The notes under the pieces are model-generated. The model ran no database searches. It was not told the origin of the DNA and saw nothing but the letters and a program-made list of their open reading frames with translations. From assembly GCF_020745735.1 (NCBI RefSeq), contig NC_083444.1:7446338-7510337 (forward strand): 64,000 nucleotides of DNA. Reading direction: 5' to 3'. This document shows positions 37,831-51,040 of the stretch, one piece after another (position 1 is the first letter of the stretch; every line of letters begins with the position of its first letter). This DNA is from Hemiscyllium ocellatum (lineage: Eukaryota). The position numbers and the translations under genes are program-made.

Positions 37831-40800
37831 TTCTATGTAACCCCTTGAACCTTCCCTCCCTCACCTGCCCTGTGTCCTGGCCCTCAGTGTCACCTCAATG
37901 GTTAAGGCCGCAACATAGGAACAATGCAATGGCACCACCGAACCAAGAAACTATTCATGGTTTCGTTTTCACGTGTCACAAAACCTCAGAGGAAGTCTGG
38001 TGTACCATATTACTGCAAAAATGCAGAAGGTGCTTACAAGAATGGTTCCTGGAGTGTGGAGGCCGAGTGGTATTAGATTAGATTCCCTACAGCGTGGAAA
38101 CAGGCCCTTCGGCCCATCAAGTCCACACCAACCCTCCGAAGAGTTACCCACCCAGACCCATTTCCCTCTGACTGATGCACCTAACACTACAGGCAATTTC
38201 GCATGGCCAATACATCTTTGGACTGTGGGAGGAAATCCACGCAGACAATGTGCAAACTCCATACAGACAGTCATCCAAGGCTGGAATTGAACCTAGAACC
38301 CTGGTGCTGTGAGGTAGCAGTGCTAACCACTGAGCCACTGCGCCAGGCTGTTTATGTAGAGAGATCCAGGTAATGTTCCAGGGGACCTGGCTTTGTAATC
38401 TTCCCAGAGCAGAGAGTGGAACTTGAATTCAATTTTTTAAAAAAATCTGGAAATAATAGTCCCCAGTTGGCGATGAATCGAATTGTCAGAAAACTAATGT
38501 CCATCCCGGAAGGAAACTGCCATCCTTATCCAGTCTGGCCTACACGTGACTCCAGACCCACAGCCATGTGGTTGGCTCTTAACAGCCCCCCGGGCAATTA
38601 GGGAGGGGCCTAACCAGTGCCACCTTCTCCTGGGAATCGTGATCGGAAAAAGGGTGATTGGGAAACGGTCGGATTGTTGCTCCCTTCCCAACCTCCTGTC
38701 CTTTCACGGGGAATCTGAAATAAAAATGGCAAGTTGATGGAGAAACTCAGCAGGTCTGTGTAGAGAGAGAGAGAGAAAAAGAGTTTAACATTTCCGTTCT
38801 GTCTATTTTGGAGCATAAATTCCGAAGAGTTGTGTCAGACTGGAAACGTTAACTCTTTCTTTCACCCCAAACGGAAAAATATCGGTTAGGGTCAGGGTGA
38901 AGGTGAGGGTTAGGAGCACAAGTTAGGCCATTCGGTCCCTCAGGCCTACTCTGCTGTTCAATGGGATCATGGAGGATCATCCAACTCAGTCCCTGTTTGT
39001 ATTTGAACCCTCCATGCACTGACTGGTCAGGGTCTATAGGTGACTCCCGTCCCACATCAACATGGCCAACGTCTGAGTGACCCTCTGGAGTGTCTGCTGG
39101 CAGTTTGAGATGATGCCTTCCCAGGAATAAGTCTCAGCCTTTTCCAGAGGGTCTGGTATACCCGACAATGAACAGGTGGACAGGGAGGTCAGTAATTTTT
39201 TATAAATACATATTTGTGATTTTTGAGAAGATTTGTAGCTCAGGGTGAGGTTCGGGTTGTAAGTTTGCTCACTGAGCTGGAAGGTTTGTTCCCAGCCGGT
39301 TCGTCACCATGCTCGGGAACATCATCAGTGAGGAGACAGTGAGGTCTGCAGATGCTGGAGATCAGAGTTGAGAGTGTGTTGGCTGGAAAAGCACAGCAGG
39401 TCAGGCAGCATCCGAGGAGCAGGAGGATCGATGTTTCGGGCCGGAGCCCTTCATCGGACATCATCAGTGAGCCTCCTGCGAAGCACTGGTGTTCTGTTCA
39501 GCTTTATGTGTCTTGGTCCCTTTAAGTCGGATGATATCATTTCCGGTCCTTATTCTCAGAGGTTGATAAATGGAGTCCAAGTCGATGTGTTTATTGATAG
39601 AATTCCAGTTTGAATGCCAGGTGTTTAGGAATTCCCGTGCATGTCTCTGTTTAGCCTGTCCCAGGCTGGATGTGTTGTCCCAGTCGAAATGGTGTCCTTC
39701 TCCATCTGTATGTCAGGATACTAGTGACAGTGGGTCATGCCTTTTGGTGACCAGCTGATGTCCGTGTATCCTGGTGGCTAGTTTGCTGCCTGTCTGTCCG
39801 ATGTAGTGTTTGCTGCCATCCAGTAGTATTTATTTACATTGACCCTGGGGACATGCATGTTGCTGACTGGCCCAGCATTTATTGCTCATCCCTAATTGCC
39901 CCTTGAGAAGGTGGTGGTGAGCTGCCTTCTTGAACCACTTGTGACATTGCTGCCCCTTTAACAAGGTCCTTTTGTCTTTAGATTTTTTTCAAGGGGGTTA
40001 TAAAGGCAGACGTGCCGAAATGCCTGGAGTGGGCAACTTTTAACAAGCATGGGAGTGGCCAGCTCTTCCAGTTCAGATTGTTGTCTAGTCTCTTCTTTAT
40101 TAGCAGGCAGTCAGAAACATCTGGCAGCAGAGACACTGCTCGTATGAAAAAGGGTCCCATGTTTCAACAAATGTTTCTTGCCTGACTCTTCTCATTGCAA
40201 TCTCTCTTGACCTTAAGAACCTGTGTTTGAATTTGCTGAGGGGTGTGTCGAACATACAATATAGAACGGTACAAACCCTTCGGCCCTCGATGTTATGCTT
40301 GCCTTTTATCCTACTCTAAAATCAGACTAACCGACATACCCTTCATTGTACTATCTTCCATGTGCCAATCCAAGAATCACTTAAATGTCCCTAAATGTTT
40401 CTGACTCTACTGGTTCTGTCGGCAGTGCCTTCCACGCACCCAGCACGCTCTGTGTAAAGAACCTATCTCTGATGTTTCCCCTAAACCTTCCTCGAATCAC
40501 CTTAAAACTGTGCCCCCTCATTCCCGCCTTGGGAAAAGGTCTCTGGCTGTCCACTCTATCTATGCCTCTCAATAACTTGTCCACCGCTATCAAGTCATCT
40601 CTCATCCTTCTTCGGTCCACTGAAAAAGATCTGGCTCCCTCAACTTTTTTCGTAAGACATGCCATGGTGGCACAGTGGTTAGCACTGCAGCCTCACAGCG
40701 CCAGAGACCCGGGTTCCTTTCTCGCCTCAGGCAACTCTCTGTGTGGAGTTTGCACATTTTCCCCGTGTCTGCGTGGGTTTCCTCCCACAATCCAAAAAAA

Positions 40801-42611
40801 TGTGTAGCTTAGGTGAATTAGCCATACTAAATTGCCCATACTGTTAGGTGAAGGGGTAAATGTAGGGGAATGGGTCTGGGTGGGTTGCGCTTCAGCAGCT
40901 CGTTATGGACTTGTTGGGCTGAAGACCCTGTTTCCACACTGTGAGTAATCTTATCTAACATGCCCTCCGGTCTGGGCGACATCCTGGTAAATCTCCTCTG
41001 CACCCTCTCTAAGGCTTCCACATCTCTCATATAATGAGGCGGCCAGAACTGAACGCAATATTCTAAGTGTGGTCAAACCAGGGCTTCATAGAGCTGCAGC
41101 ATAATCTTGTGGCTCTTAAACTCAATCCCCTGCTATTGAAACTCAACACAATATACACCTTCTTAACAACCCGATCAACTAGGGTGGCAACTTGGAGGGA
41201 TCTATGGACATGGGCCCTAAGATTCCTCCATTCCTCCAGACTGCCAAGTGTTCTGCCTTTAACTCCGTATTCTGCATTCAAATTCAATCTTCCAAGATGA
41301 GTGACTTCACACTTTTCCAGGTTGAGCTCCATCTGCTACCTCTCAGCCCAGCTCTGCATCTGTCAATGAATTAGCATCCCTAAATGTGGAAACAGGCCCT
41401 TTGGCCCAATAAATCCACATTGATCAAAGAGTAACCCACCCACATCCATTCAACTGCCCTTGATTTGCCCAATGCACCTAACCTACACATCCCTGAACAA
41501 TACAGGCAGTTTAGCATGGCCAACTCACACATCTTTGGATTGTGGGAGGAAACCCAGGGAGAATGTGCAAACTCCACACAGGCAGAGGCTGGAATCGAAC
41601 CCAGGTCCCTGGCGTTGTGAGGCAGCAAGGCTAACCACTGAGCCACCGTGCCACCTATTGCAATCTACAACAGCTATCCACACTATCCACAACTCCACCA
41701 ACCTTCGTGTCATAAGCAAACTTACTAACCCACCCTTCCACTTCCCCATCCAAGTCATTTATAAAAATCACAAAGAGCAGAGGTCCCAGAACCGATCCCT
41801 GCGTCACACCACTGGTCACCGAGCTCCAGGCTGAATACTTTCCATCTACCACCACCCTCTGTCTTCTATGGGCCAGCCACTTCTGTATCCAGACAGACAG
41901 GTTCCCTGTATCCCAAGCCTCCTTACTTTCTGAATGAGTATTCTTGGGATGTTGTGGGAATTGGAAAGGCTCCTTCGTTAAATTGCGATTTCAAGTCAGT
42001 TGGGTTTTCAAATAGTGCAGTTATTGTAAATTCTTTTGTTTATTTATTGCTTCAATAAATTCTGTTTTGCTTCAAGCTGGGTGGTATGACCAGCTGCATC
42101 ACACCTGGACTATCCAAGGTACATCTACCTTTAAAATATGATAAAGTTCAGGTCTGGGCTCAATTCCTAAAGTGTTTTGAGGAGGTCTGGCCTGGTCCAG
42201 AACAGAATGCAAACTGTTGGCAGGATTTATTCGATAGTTCCAATTTGGGATTAGGGTGGTTGGACTCAAAGGCAGCAAGTGGTAGGTGTTATTGTCTTTT
42301 GTTCCGGGTGTTGAATGTGGTTGGTTTAAACCCTGCTTGGGGGAGGAATGGCTCTTTCAGTTGCTAGGAGCTTTTTGGGGGTGGAAGACGTGACTTTGGG
42401 ACCTTTACAAAAGGTGAACAAAGAAAAGCTTCTGGAATTGGTAGGCAAGTTGGAGTTGCCTTCATCCACGAGAAAAGGAGAGAACATTACAGCAACGGCT
42501 CAGCATTTCAAATTTGCTGGAAATGCCACCAGCATCTTTGGAAATGGCTAATGTCCAGTTGAACATGAATCAGCTTGAGTTACTGGCAAAAGACAAAGGA
42601 AGAGTAACAAG

Positions 42612-43335
42612 AAGATGGAGTACTGGGTTAATGGTCAGATACTTGGAAGCGTGGATGAGCAGAGGGATCTTGGTGTCCATGTACACAGATCTCTGAAAGT
42701 TGCCACCCAGGTAAATAGTGCTGTGAGAAAGCATATGGCATACTGGCTTTTATTGGTAGAGGAATTGAGTTCCGGAGTCCCGAGGTCATGTTGCAGTTGT
42801 ATAGGACTCTGGTGCAGCCGCATCTGGAGTATTGTGTGCAGTTTTGGTCGCCATACTATTGGAGGGATGTGGAGGCACTGGAACGGGTGCAAAGGAGGTT
42901 TACCAGGATGTTGCCTGGTATGGGAGGACGATCGTATGAGGAAAGGCTGAGGCATTTGGGGCTGTTTTCATTGGAGAAAAGAAGGTTTAGGGGTGACTTG
43001 ATAGAGGTGTACAAGATGATTAGGGGTTTAGATAGGGTTGACCATGAGAACCTTTTTCCACCTATGGAGTCAGCAATTACGAGGGGACATAGCTTTAAAT
43101 TAAGGGGTAGTAGGTATAGGACAGATGTTAGGGGTAGATTCTTTACTCAGTGAGTCGTGAGTTCATGGAATGCTCTGCCTGTAACAGTGGTGGACTCTCC
43201 CTCTTAATGGGCATTTAAACGGGCATTGGATAGGCATATGGAGGAAAGTGGGCTAGTGTAGGTTAGGTGGGCTTGGATCGGCGCAACAACGAGGGCCGAA
43301 GGGCCTGTACTGCGCTGTATCTTTCTATGTTCTGT
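42612..43335 (+). mobile_element. CR1 3' fragment inserted in the Gypsy element
   Basis: ORF 42788-43153 ([20 protein letters not shown]); TCTATGTTCT tail. Confidence 0.85.
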
Positions 43336-46300
43336 GAAGAGAAATAGAAATGCAATATAATTGGAAATAGACTAGTTTGAATTAAGAGAAAACGAACGCA
43401 TCACCCGAGCAGAACCAAAGGATAAATAGTGAGAGGAAAGAGAGAAAGTGAGAGAAAAAAAGAGAGGGAAATTGAACGTTTTGAATTGGCACTTAGCCAG
43501 GAAAATCAGCTTGAAAGGAAAAGGTAAGCTCAGGGAGGGAGAGAGTGAGGATGAGCAGAAGGCCTGGTGGGGACCTGTTTCAATGCGTCCAAGCGTTGCC
43601 TCAATTTGATGAGAAGGATGTAGAAGCCTTTTTCATCTCATTTGAGGAGGTGGCTAAACAAATGCAGTGGCCAGTGCCCATGTGGGTTTTGTTGCTCCAA
43701 ACAAAGCTGGGAGGTAGAGCTCCTGAGGTATTCACATCCCTATCAGAGGAGGTACCTGGGGATATGAGGAGGCGAAGAAAACCAGCTTAAGTGCATATGA
43801 ACTTGTGCCAGAAACTGACAGACAATGTTTTAGGAATCTAAGGGCGGACCCTGGTCAAACCTATATTGAGTTTGAAAGGATCAAACAAAGTAATTTTGAG
43901 AAGTGGAGAAGAGCATTACAAATATAACGAATCGATGACGGTCTTCAAGAGAGGATTATTTCGGAAGATTTCAAAAATTCGCTTCCTGTGGTAGTGAGAA
44001 CTCCTGTGGAAGAGCAGAGAGTGAAGACACTAAGATTAGCAGCTGAAATGGCTGATGGTTATGAGTTGGTTCATAAATCAAAGTTTGGCTTCCAACATCA
44101 ATTTGAATCCGTGAGGGATAGAAACTGGGGCAAAGAGGAATCCTCATGTGGAAAGGGAAAGGTAGATCTCACTGAAGGTCATCGGGATAACTTATCACAG
44201 GGTCAAAAGGAAACCCATGAAAGGGGAAAGAGAAGATAAAAAGCTCTGGTGTTTTCACTGCCGTGTGAAATCACAGTGTTAGTGGGTCTGGAAAAGCCAG
44301 ATGTAGGAAACGGGAGAAGCCAGTGAATTCTGTTGGAGTGTTAACAGAAAAGACAGTGGAGGCTAGAAAGCTGCATCAGAATGTACAACCTGGTCAGAGA
44401 TTGGGTCAGGAGGAAGTGCTACATCTTCTTAAACCATTTATATGCAATGGTAACGTTCACTCGCATAGACCAGGAGCAGCAGGCAAAGAGGTTACATGAT
44501 TAAGAGATATGGGATCATGTCAATCTTTGATGTTGAGAGCTGAAGAGATATGTAACTTAAAAGGATGATTACCAGAAAGAGTGCTAATACGTGGAACTCA
44601 CGGAGAGACATAAAGTGTTCAATTGTGTAGAGTGAGGTTATGTGAAGAGTGGAGTAAATGGTGGCAGGATTGGAAAAACTCTCAAATCCTGGAATGTAAT
44701 TTGTCCTTGCTAACGATATAGCTGGGTCACAGTGGGAGTGCTGCCTAATGGGGTTGCAAAGCCAGTGGAAAATCAGGCAACTGAGATAGTACAGGGAGAA
44801 TATCCTGGGACTTGTTCTGCTTGTGTGGTAACGAGGTCACAAAGTCACCAGTTGGAACAAGAGGAGATATCAAAGAACACAGATAAGAAAGTTGAAGTTG
44901 AATTATCAGAGACCCTGGTTGATCAGATGGATGAGATGAAACAGGAACAGGTGGAGGACAACGTGGATATCTTTAGCTCAGAGAAAGATTAAAAATTGAA
45001 TGGATTGTATCAAAAAGCATACTTGGACAAAGACTGAAGATGTATCCCAGTGTGCAACTATCATAAAAATGATGTCTTACTGAGGGAAATGGAGGCCATC
45101 ACATATTCAGGCAGATGGGAAATGGGCAGAAATTCATCAAGTCGTATTGCCAGTGGGTTATAGAGAGGAGGTATTGTGGATCATGCATAAATTACCAGTA
45201 GGAGGTCCTTTAGGGGTAGGAAAAACTCAAGCTAAAATATAAAAACATTTTTACTGGCCTGGGCAGCTCAAGGATGTAGTTGCATTTTGCCCGACATGTC
45301 ATGCATGTCAGGTAATTGGAAAAATGCAGGCATCTTTAATACCTATTCCTGCACTTGAGGAATGATTTACAAGCAACCTACTTGATTTCACAGGGCCCCT
45401 ACTTAAAGCAAAAAGTTGGAATCAGTAATTGTTAACAATAATGGATATGTCCAGTCGATTTTCAGAGGCCAATCCAATACACACTAAGAGTTCAAATTTT
45501 TTACTTGATATCAATCCAATCAAAAGTCAAACTTTGCATCAAAACTATTCGAGGAATCTATGGACAGCTTAGCAACAAAACAATTCAAATCCACTGCGAA
45601 CATCCGGAATTGTATGGAGCACTAGAAAGGGAACATCAGACATCAAGACCATGTTGAGGGCTTCTAGTCAAGACTATCCAGATGATGGGGATAGAGGAAT
45701 TCCATTTGTGCTTTTTGCCATCAGAGATGCAGCAAATGAATCGGCCAAATGCAGAACATTTGAATTAATTTTATTTTGGCATGAGTGGACCATTAAATTG
45801 GTGAGTCAGAATTCAGCCACCATATGTTTGGTCTCTGAGTCAAATTTTCAAGAACAGCTAAATAAAGTGAGGGAGCTGGCTCAACAGCATTTAAAAATAT
45901 CACAGCATATGCTGAAACAGGAACCAGACACGAAATTAAAAACTCGCAATTTTGCTGTTGGAAATAAAGTGCCAGTGGTACTACCAGTGACAGGTAAACA
46001 TTTAAAAGCATAGTTAAGTAGATGTTATCAAGTCAAAAGGAGATTGAGTGAGGTGGACTATTTGATCAGGACTCGACGCAGAAAGAAATCTCACAGAGTG
46101 TGTCATGTGAATCCGCTCAACAGATATTTTGACAGGGGAGGAAAGCAAAAGGAGACTGAGCTACTGGTTACAACACAGAGGGAAGAACTAAGAGGACTCT
46201 GAATTGGACATTCCTCCAATTAAATTAGACAATGAGGAAATTGTCAAAAATTTGGAGAAATTATTGACTTACCTTCCAGAGGAAAACTTGCAATAACTCA

Positions 46301-46729
46301 AAAGAGTTATTGTTATTGCTTAGAGATATGTGGAAATAAGCCAGGAAGTACTAACCCAATTATACACGATGTTGATATATGAAATTCTCTTTTGATTAAG
46401 CAACCTCTCTGAGACTTAACTCTCTAAATTTGGCAGATGTTCAAAAAAAGATTGAACTCATGCCCCAAGACAACATAATCAAAGTGAGTTGCAGTGTCTG
46501 GAGCTCACCCATAATCATCGTGCCAAAACTAGATGGTGATGTATGGGCTATCACAAAGTCAATGCAGTTACAAAGTCTGATTCATATCTGATTTCATATT
46601 TGGAAGACTGTATTGAAAAGGTGGGACAAGCAACTTCTATTTCTAAGTTGGACTTACTCAGAGGATACCAGCAGGTACCTTTATTCGAAAGAGTGAAGAC
46701 AATTTTGCCTTTCGTTATGCCGAATGGAC

Positions 46730-47030
46730 TGTATCAATTTAACGAGGTAAAAACAATGACTGCAGATGCTGGAAACCAGATTCTGGATCAGTGGTGCTGG
46801 AAGAGCGTAGCAGTTCAGGCAGCATCCAAAGTGCAGCGAAATTGATGGTTCAGGCATCAGCCCTTCATCAGCCTGAAGCGTTCCTCTAGCTTATCTCTCC
46901 ACGCTTCAGGCACACTGCCTTTATTCCTGATGAAGGGCTTTTGCCCGAAACGTCGGTTTCACTGCACTTTGGATGCTGCCTGAACTGCTGTGCTCTTCCA
47001 GCACCACTGATCCAAAATGTATCAATTTAA
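46730..47030. mobile_element. Tail-to-tail Penelope-derived insertion with 13-bp TSD and hammerhead core
   Basis: TGTATCAATTTAA at 46730-46742 and 47018-47030; CTGATGAAGGGCTTTTGCCCGAAACGTC starting at 46927. Confidence 0.8.
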
Positions 47031-49299
47031 AGTCATGTCATTTAGTGTGAAAAATGTGCTAGCCACATTTCAAAGACTAACCAATCTGGTCATTTCTGGA
47101 TTACCCAATTGTGTGGTATCTATTGATGACCTGGTGACTTTTTTTGTCACACTTGAAGGAAGATTTGCAACATTTATCAGAATTATTTGCGGGGGCAGAC
47201 TTGGTGATAAACCTGGCAATGAGTGAACTTGCCAAAGCCCAAGTCACCTTCCGAGGCCATGTTATCGAACATCAACAAATGGCCCCACAGAACATAAAAC
47301 CAAAGGTTATTGGGGAGTTTTCCATACCATCAATCAAGAGAGCAGTATTATGATTCCTGGGATTGATTAGATTTTATTGGAAATTTGTACCAAATTTTTG
47401 TAGTGTGGCTGCTCCACTCGCTGAATTCCTTAATAAAAGTAGGAAGTTTAATTGGATACAACTTGAGAGCTATGTTAATCACCGCCCCAGTGTTAGCTAC
47501 ACTGTTAGGGAATGGGCTACCTTCTTAAAGTGTTTGGAGGGGGTCTGGCCTGATCCATAACACGCCGCAGTCCATCCTGCTGTCAGCTGACCCACAATGC
47601 TATTAAGTCTGTGTGATGTAGGGACACCCACATTATGCCATTCGGGAGAGGGGTCCAGGAATTACACAAAGCCATTCAAGGTGGCTATTGATGTAAGTGA
47701 TGTGGGTGTCGGTACTGTGCTCTTACAGGAAGATGACGAGGAGAAATATTGACATTTGAAGGGGAGACTTTGAGCTTGGTGTTGGCGTTACAACATTTCT
47801 GTTGCCAGCAATTTGCCTGAGGCAATCATGTTTACAGATGATAACCCACTGAAGCTTTTGGAGAAATTTGAGGACAAAAATTCCAGACTGTTTAGATGGA
47901 ATTTATTATTGCAACCATTCAATTTGAAAATTGCACATGTGGCAAGGTGAAAAAACATGATCGCCAACACATTGTCAAGACTTGGATGAGAAATGGAGGT
48001 GTTCGGTGGCGGGAGTAAACTGACTGAAATAGAATGGTTATAGTTAATGTACATGTATGGTGGTGTACTCACAGGGTAAGACTAAGGGATTTCAAAATGA
48101 AGCCATAATTTGTATATTGATGGGTCATTTTTTAAGGGGGAGGCATGACGATGTTGCCCCTTTAACAAGGATATTTTGTCCTTGGACTTTTTTCAAGATG
48201 GGGCCATAAAGGCAGAGATACCGATGTGTCTGGATTGCTACTTTAAAGAATGACAGGGGAGTGGCCAGTTGCCCCAGTTAAGGTTTTTTTTTCTAGTTTG
48301 TTGTTTTTTAGCTGGCAGTTGGAAACAGCTGGTAACAGAGAAGCAGTTACTGTAAAAAAGGCTTCCATGCTTCAACAGATGTTTCTTGCCTGACTCCTCT
48401 CTCTGCAATCTCTCCTGCCTGTAAGAACCTGTCCTTGAATTCACCATTTGTCAAGGGGTGTGTTCTTGGGATTTTGTGGGGACTGGAACAGTTCCTTCGT
48501 TAAGTAATGATTTTGAGTTGGTTGGCATTTCCAAATAGTCAAGTTATGCTAAATTCTGTTTTTTTGTGTGTTTCAACCACAGTGTGTAAATAAATTCTGT
48601 TTTGCTTAAAGCCGCATGCTTTGACCAGCTGCATCTCTCCTGGAATATCTACTTTATATCTGCCTTTAAAATAAGTACATATTAGGGAATGGGCTACCTT
48701 CTTAAAGTGTTTGGAGGGGGTCTGGCCTGATCCATAACATGCCGCAGTCCACCCTGCTGTCAGCTGACCCACAATGCTATTAAGTCTGTGTGATGTAGGG
48801 ACACTCACACAATGCCATTTGGGAGGGGGTCCAGGAATTTAACCCAGTCAGGATGGTGTGGGTCTCGGAGAGGAATTTGCATGGGGTTGGTGTTCCCATG
48901 TATCTGCTGCCCTTGTTCTTCTAGATTGAAGTGGTCGCGAGTTTGGAAGGTGTTAATTAAGGATCTTTGGTGAATTTCTGCAGTGCGTCTTGTAGATGGC
49001 ACACACTGCTGCTACTGAGTGTTGGTGGTGGAGGGAGTGGATGTTTGTGGACATAGTGTCAATCAAACGGGCTGCTTTTCCCTGGATAGTGTCGAGTGTT
49101 TTGAGTGTTATTGGAGCTGCACCCATCCAGACAAATGGGGAGTATTCCCTCACACTCTTGACTTGTGTCTTGTAGATGGCAGATAGGCTTTGGGGAGTCA
49201 GGAGGTGAGTTACTTATTGCAGTATTCCCAGCTTCTGACCTGATCTTGTAGCCGCAGTATTTATGTGGTGAATCCAGTTGAGTTTATGCCTTCAAGAAG

Positions 49300-49874
49300 T
49301 GTTATTCTGTCCTGACTTCTTTTAAGAGAGAGATTGAACAAGAGGCACTGAGCAGTCTGTGGTAATATTAGCAGCTTGTGAGACCTTTGAGCTTTTTTAT
49401 AAGTTGGAACAATACAAGCAGCCTGGGTCGGTGTTGGCACCTCTCACAGAACCAGGATTTCGAGCTTTTTTGTTAACTTTTAGATTCAGCAGAACCTGCT
49501 GGGGTCTTGAAGAAATTAAAGCTATTTTTCACCCTCTCTTGGTTACAACTAGAAACTGGGCTTTCTCTTCCTACAGCAAGCATTGCTTGTGGGAATATCT
49601 GATTTCCGAATTTTCCTTTGTGCCAAGGGGTGTGTTTATGGGATGTGACTATATTGGAACAGTTCATTAGTAATAGATACCATAGCTTTTATTCTGTTAA
49701 ACTTTACAATACAGTCAAGTTTTCTAAATTCATCTTTCTTCTGTTCTAGTTTAACCGTAGTGTTTGCATAAATTGGGTTTTGATTAATATTGAGTCATTT
49801 GACCAGTCGCATTGTATTTGGAACACTGCACTTTACATTAATTTTCAAAATAAGAAAAATTTACCTTCTTAACA
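49300..49874 (+). mobile_element. Probable solo LTR
   Basis: TGTTA..TAACA termini and LTR-like composition; no clear TSD. Confidence 0.45.
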
Positions 49875-50278
49875 TATCTTGAACAGCTCTGGTCTGGTTG
49901 GTCCTTATCCGCTTTCCAGTCAATGATAATGTTGATTCAGTGATGTTAACGCCATAGAATGCCAAGGGGCATTGGTTAGATAGTCTCCTATTAGAGATGG
50001 TCATTGCCTGGCATTTGTGTGGCACGAATGTTACTTGTCAGACCAAGCCTGGATATTGTCCCGATCTTGTTAATGCTAAAACAGATTATTTTTTATTCAT
50101 AAAAGAAGCCTGGTGTGTGATACTTTTAGGGTGGACAGCAGAGAAAGGATTAGCCATTTTGGTAATTCAGTCTGAAAGCAACAAATGCTGGAGATCACAG
50201 CGGGTCAGGCAGCGTCCATGGAGAGAGAGCAAGCTAACGTTTCGAGTCAAGTCGATTCTTCGTCAGAATTCATTTCAG

Positions 50279-50374
50279 TGCAACAACCAATTCCTTCCAA
50301 ATCCACTGTCAAAGCCACCACGGTTTCAGCATGGCAACCCACTACTTCCACAACCATGTATAATTACCGGAGTG
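50279..50374 (+). CDS. Candidate duplicated Ser/Thr-rich stalk cassette exon of gene 3 (96 nt, phase 1-1)
   Basis: atttcAG|TG CAA CAA..; homologous to the 5' half of the TM exon; possible donor G|GTGGGT. Confidence 0.35.
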
Positions 50375-50830
50375 GTGGGTTTTAATCTTCCAGTTCAGTT
50401 TCTAGTCAAACCATGTGGTGGTGGGAAAGCACAGCAGGTCAGGCAGCATCCGAGGAGCAGGAAAAGAGACATTTCGGGCATAAGCCCCTTTATCACATTC
50501 CTGATGAAGGGCCAATGCCTGAAACATCAACTCTCCTGCTCCTCAGATGCTGCCTGGCCCCCTGTCCTTTCCCAGCACCGCTCCTTTTAACTCTGATCTC
50601 CAGCGTCTGCAGCCCTCACTTTCTCCCACTTCAGTTTCTACTCAGTGGTAACACCTCCCCCACCCCCCAACCTCACCACTCAGGATGTTGATCGTGTGGG
50701 AGGGGATTCAGCCTCGGTGACACCACTGAATGTCAAACGGCAACAGTTCAGTTGTTGGAGATAGCCATTGCCTGGCATTTGTGTGGCGCCGATCTTACTT
50801 TCATGAAAGTGGTCCTCTCTCTGTTTTCAG

Positions 50831-51040
50831 CGCGGCGATCAAATTCTTCCAGATCCACGGTCAAAACCATCATGGTTTCAACATGGCAACCCACTTCTTC
50901 CACAACCATGGTAACAACCCCGGGAAAACGTCAGAAGCTGCCCTGGATTGTAGCGATTGTTTGTGTAGTGATAGTGCTCATTGCTATCATGGCGATAGCA
51001 GCTACTGTATACGTCCGCAAGAAGAAACGTCAGCGGCGAG
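50831..51040 (+). CDS. PILRA-like: Gene 3 stalk + uncharged transmembrane exon (210 nt, phase 1-1)
   Basis: ctctctgttttcAG|..|GTAAGG; encodes ARRSNSSRSTVKTIMVSTWQPTSSTTMVTTPGKRQKLPWIVAIVCVVIVLIAIMAIAATVYVRKKKRQRR. Confidence 0.85.

Larger units (their letters stand above)
39940..48739 (+). mobile_element. Degenerate Gypsy LTR retrotransposon with Gmr1-like order gag-(pro)-IN-RT-RNaseH, carrying nested CR1, SINE and Penelope inserts
   Basis: Diverged LTRs about 39940-42205 (interrupted) and 48145-48739; integrase HFYWPG..C.TC..CQ and IPFVLFAIR at about 45240-45900; RT (LDLLRGYQQV, SIDD) 46540-47230; RNase H (PFKVAIDVSDVGVG) after 47660; the two flanks join into one LINE fragment. Confidence 0.82.
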
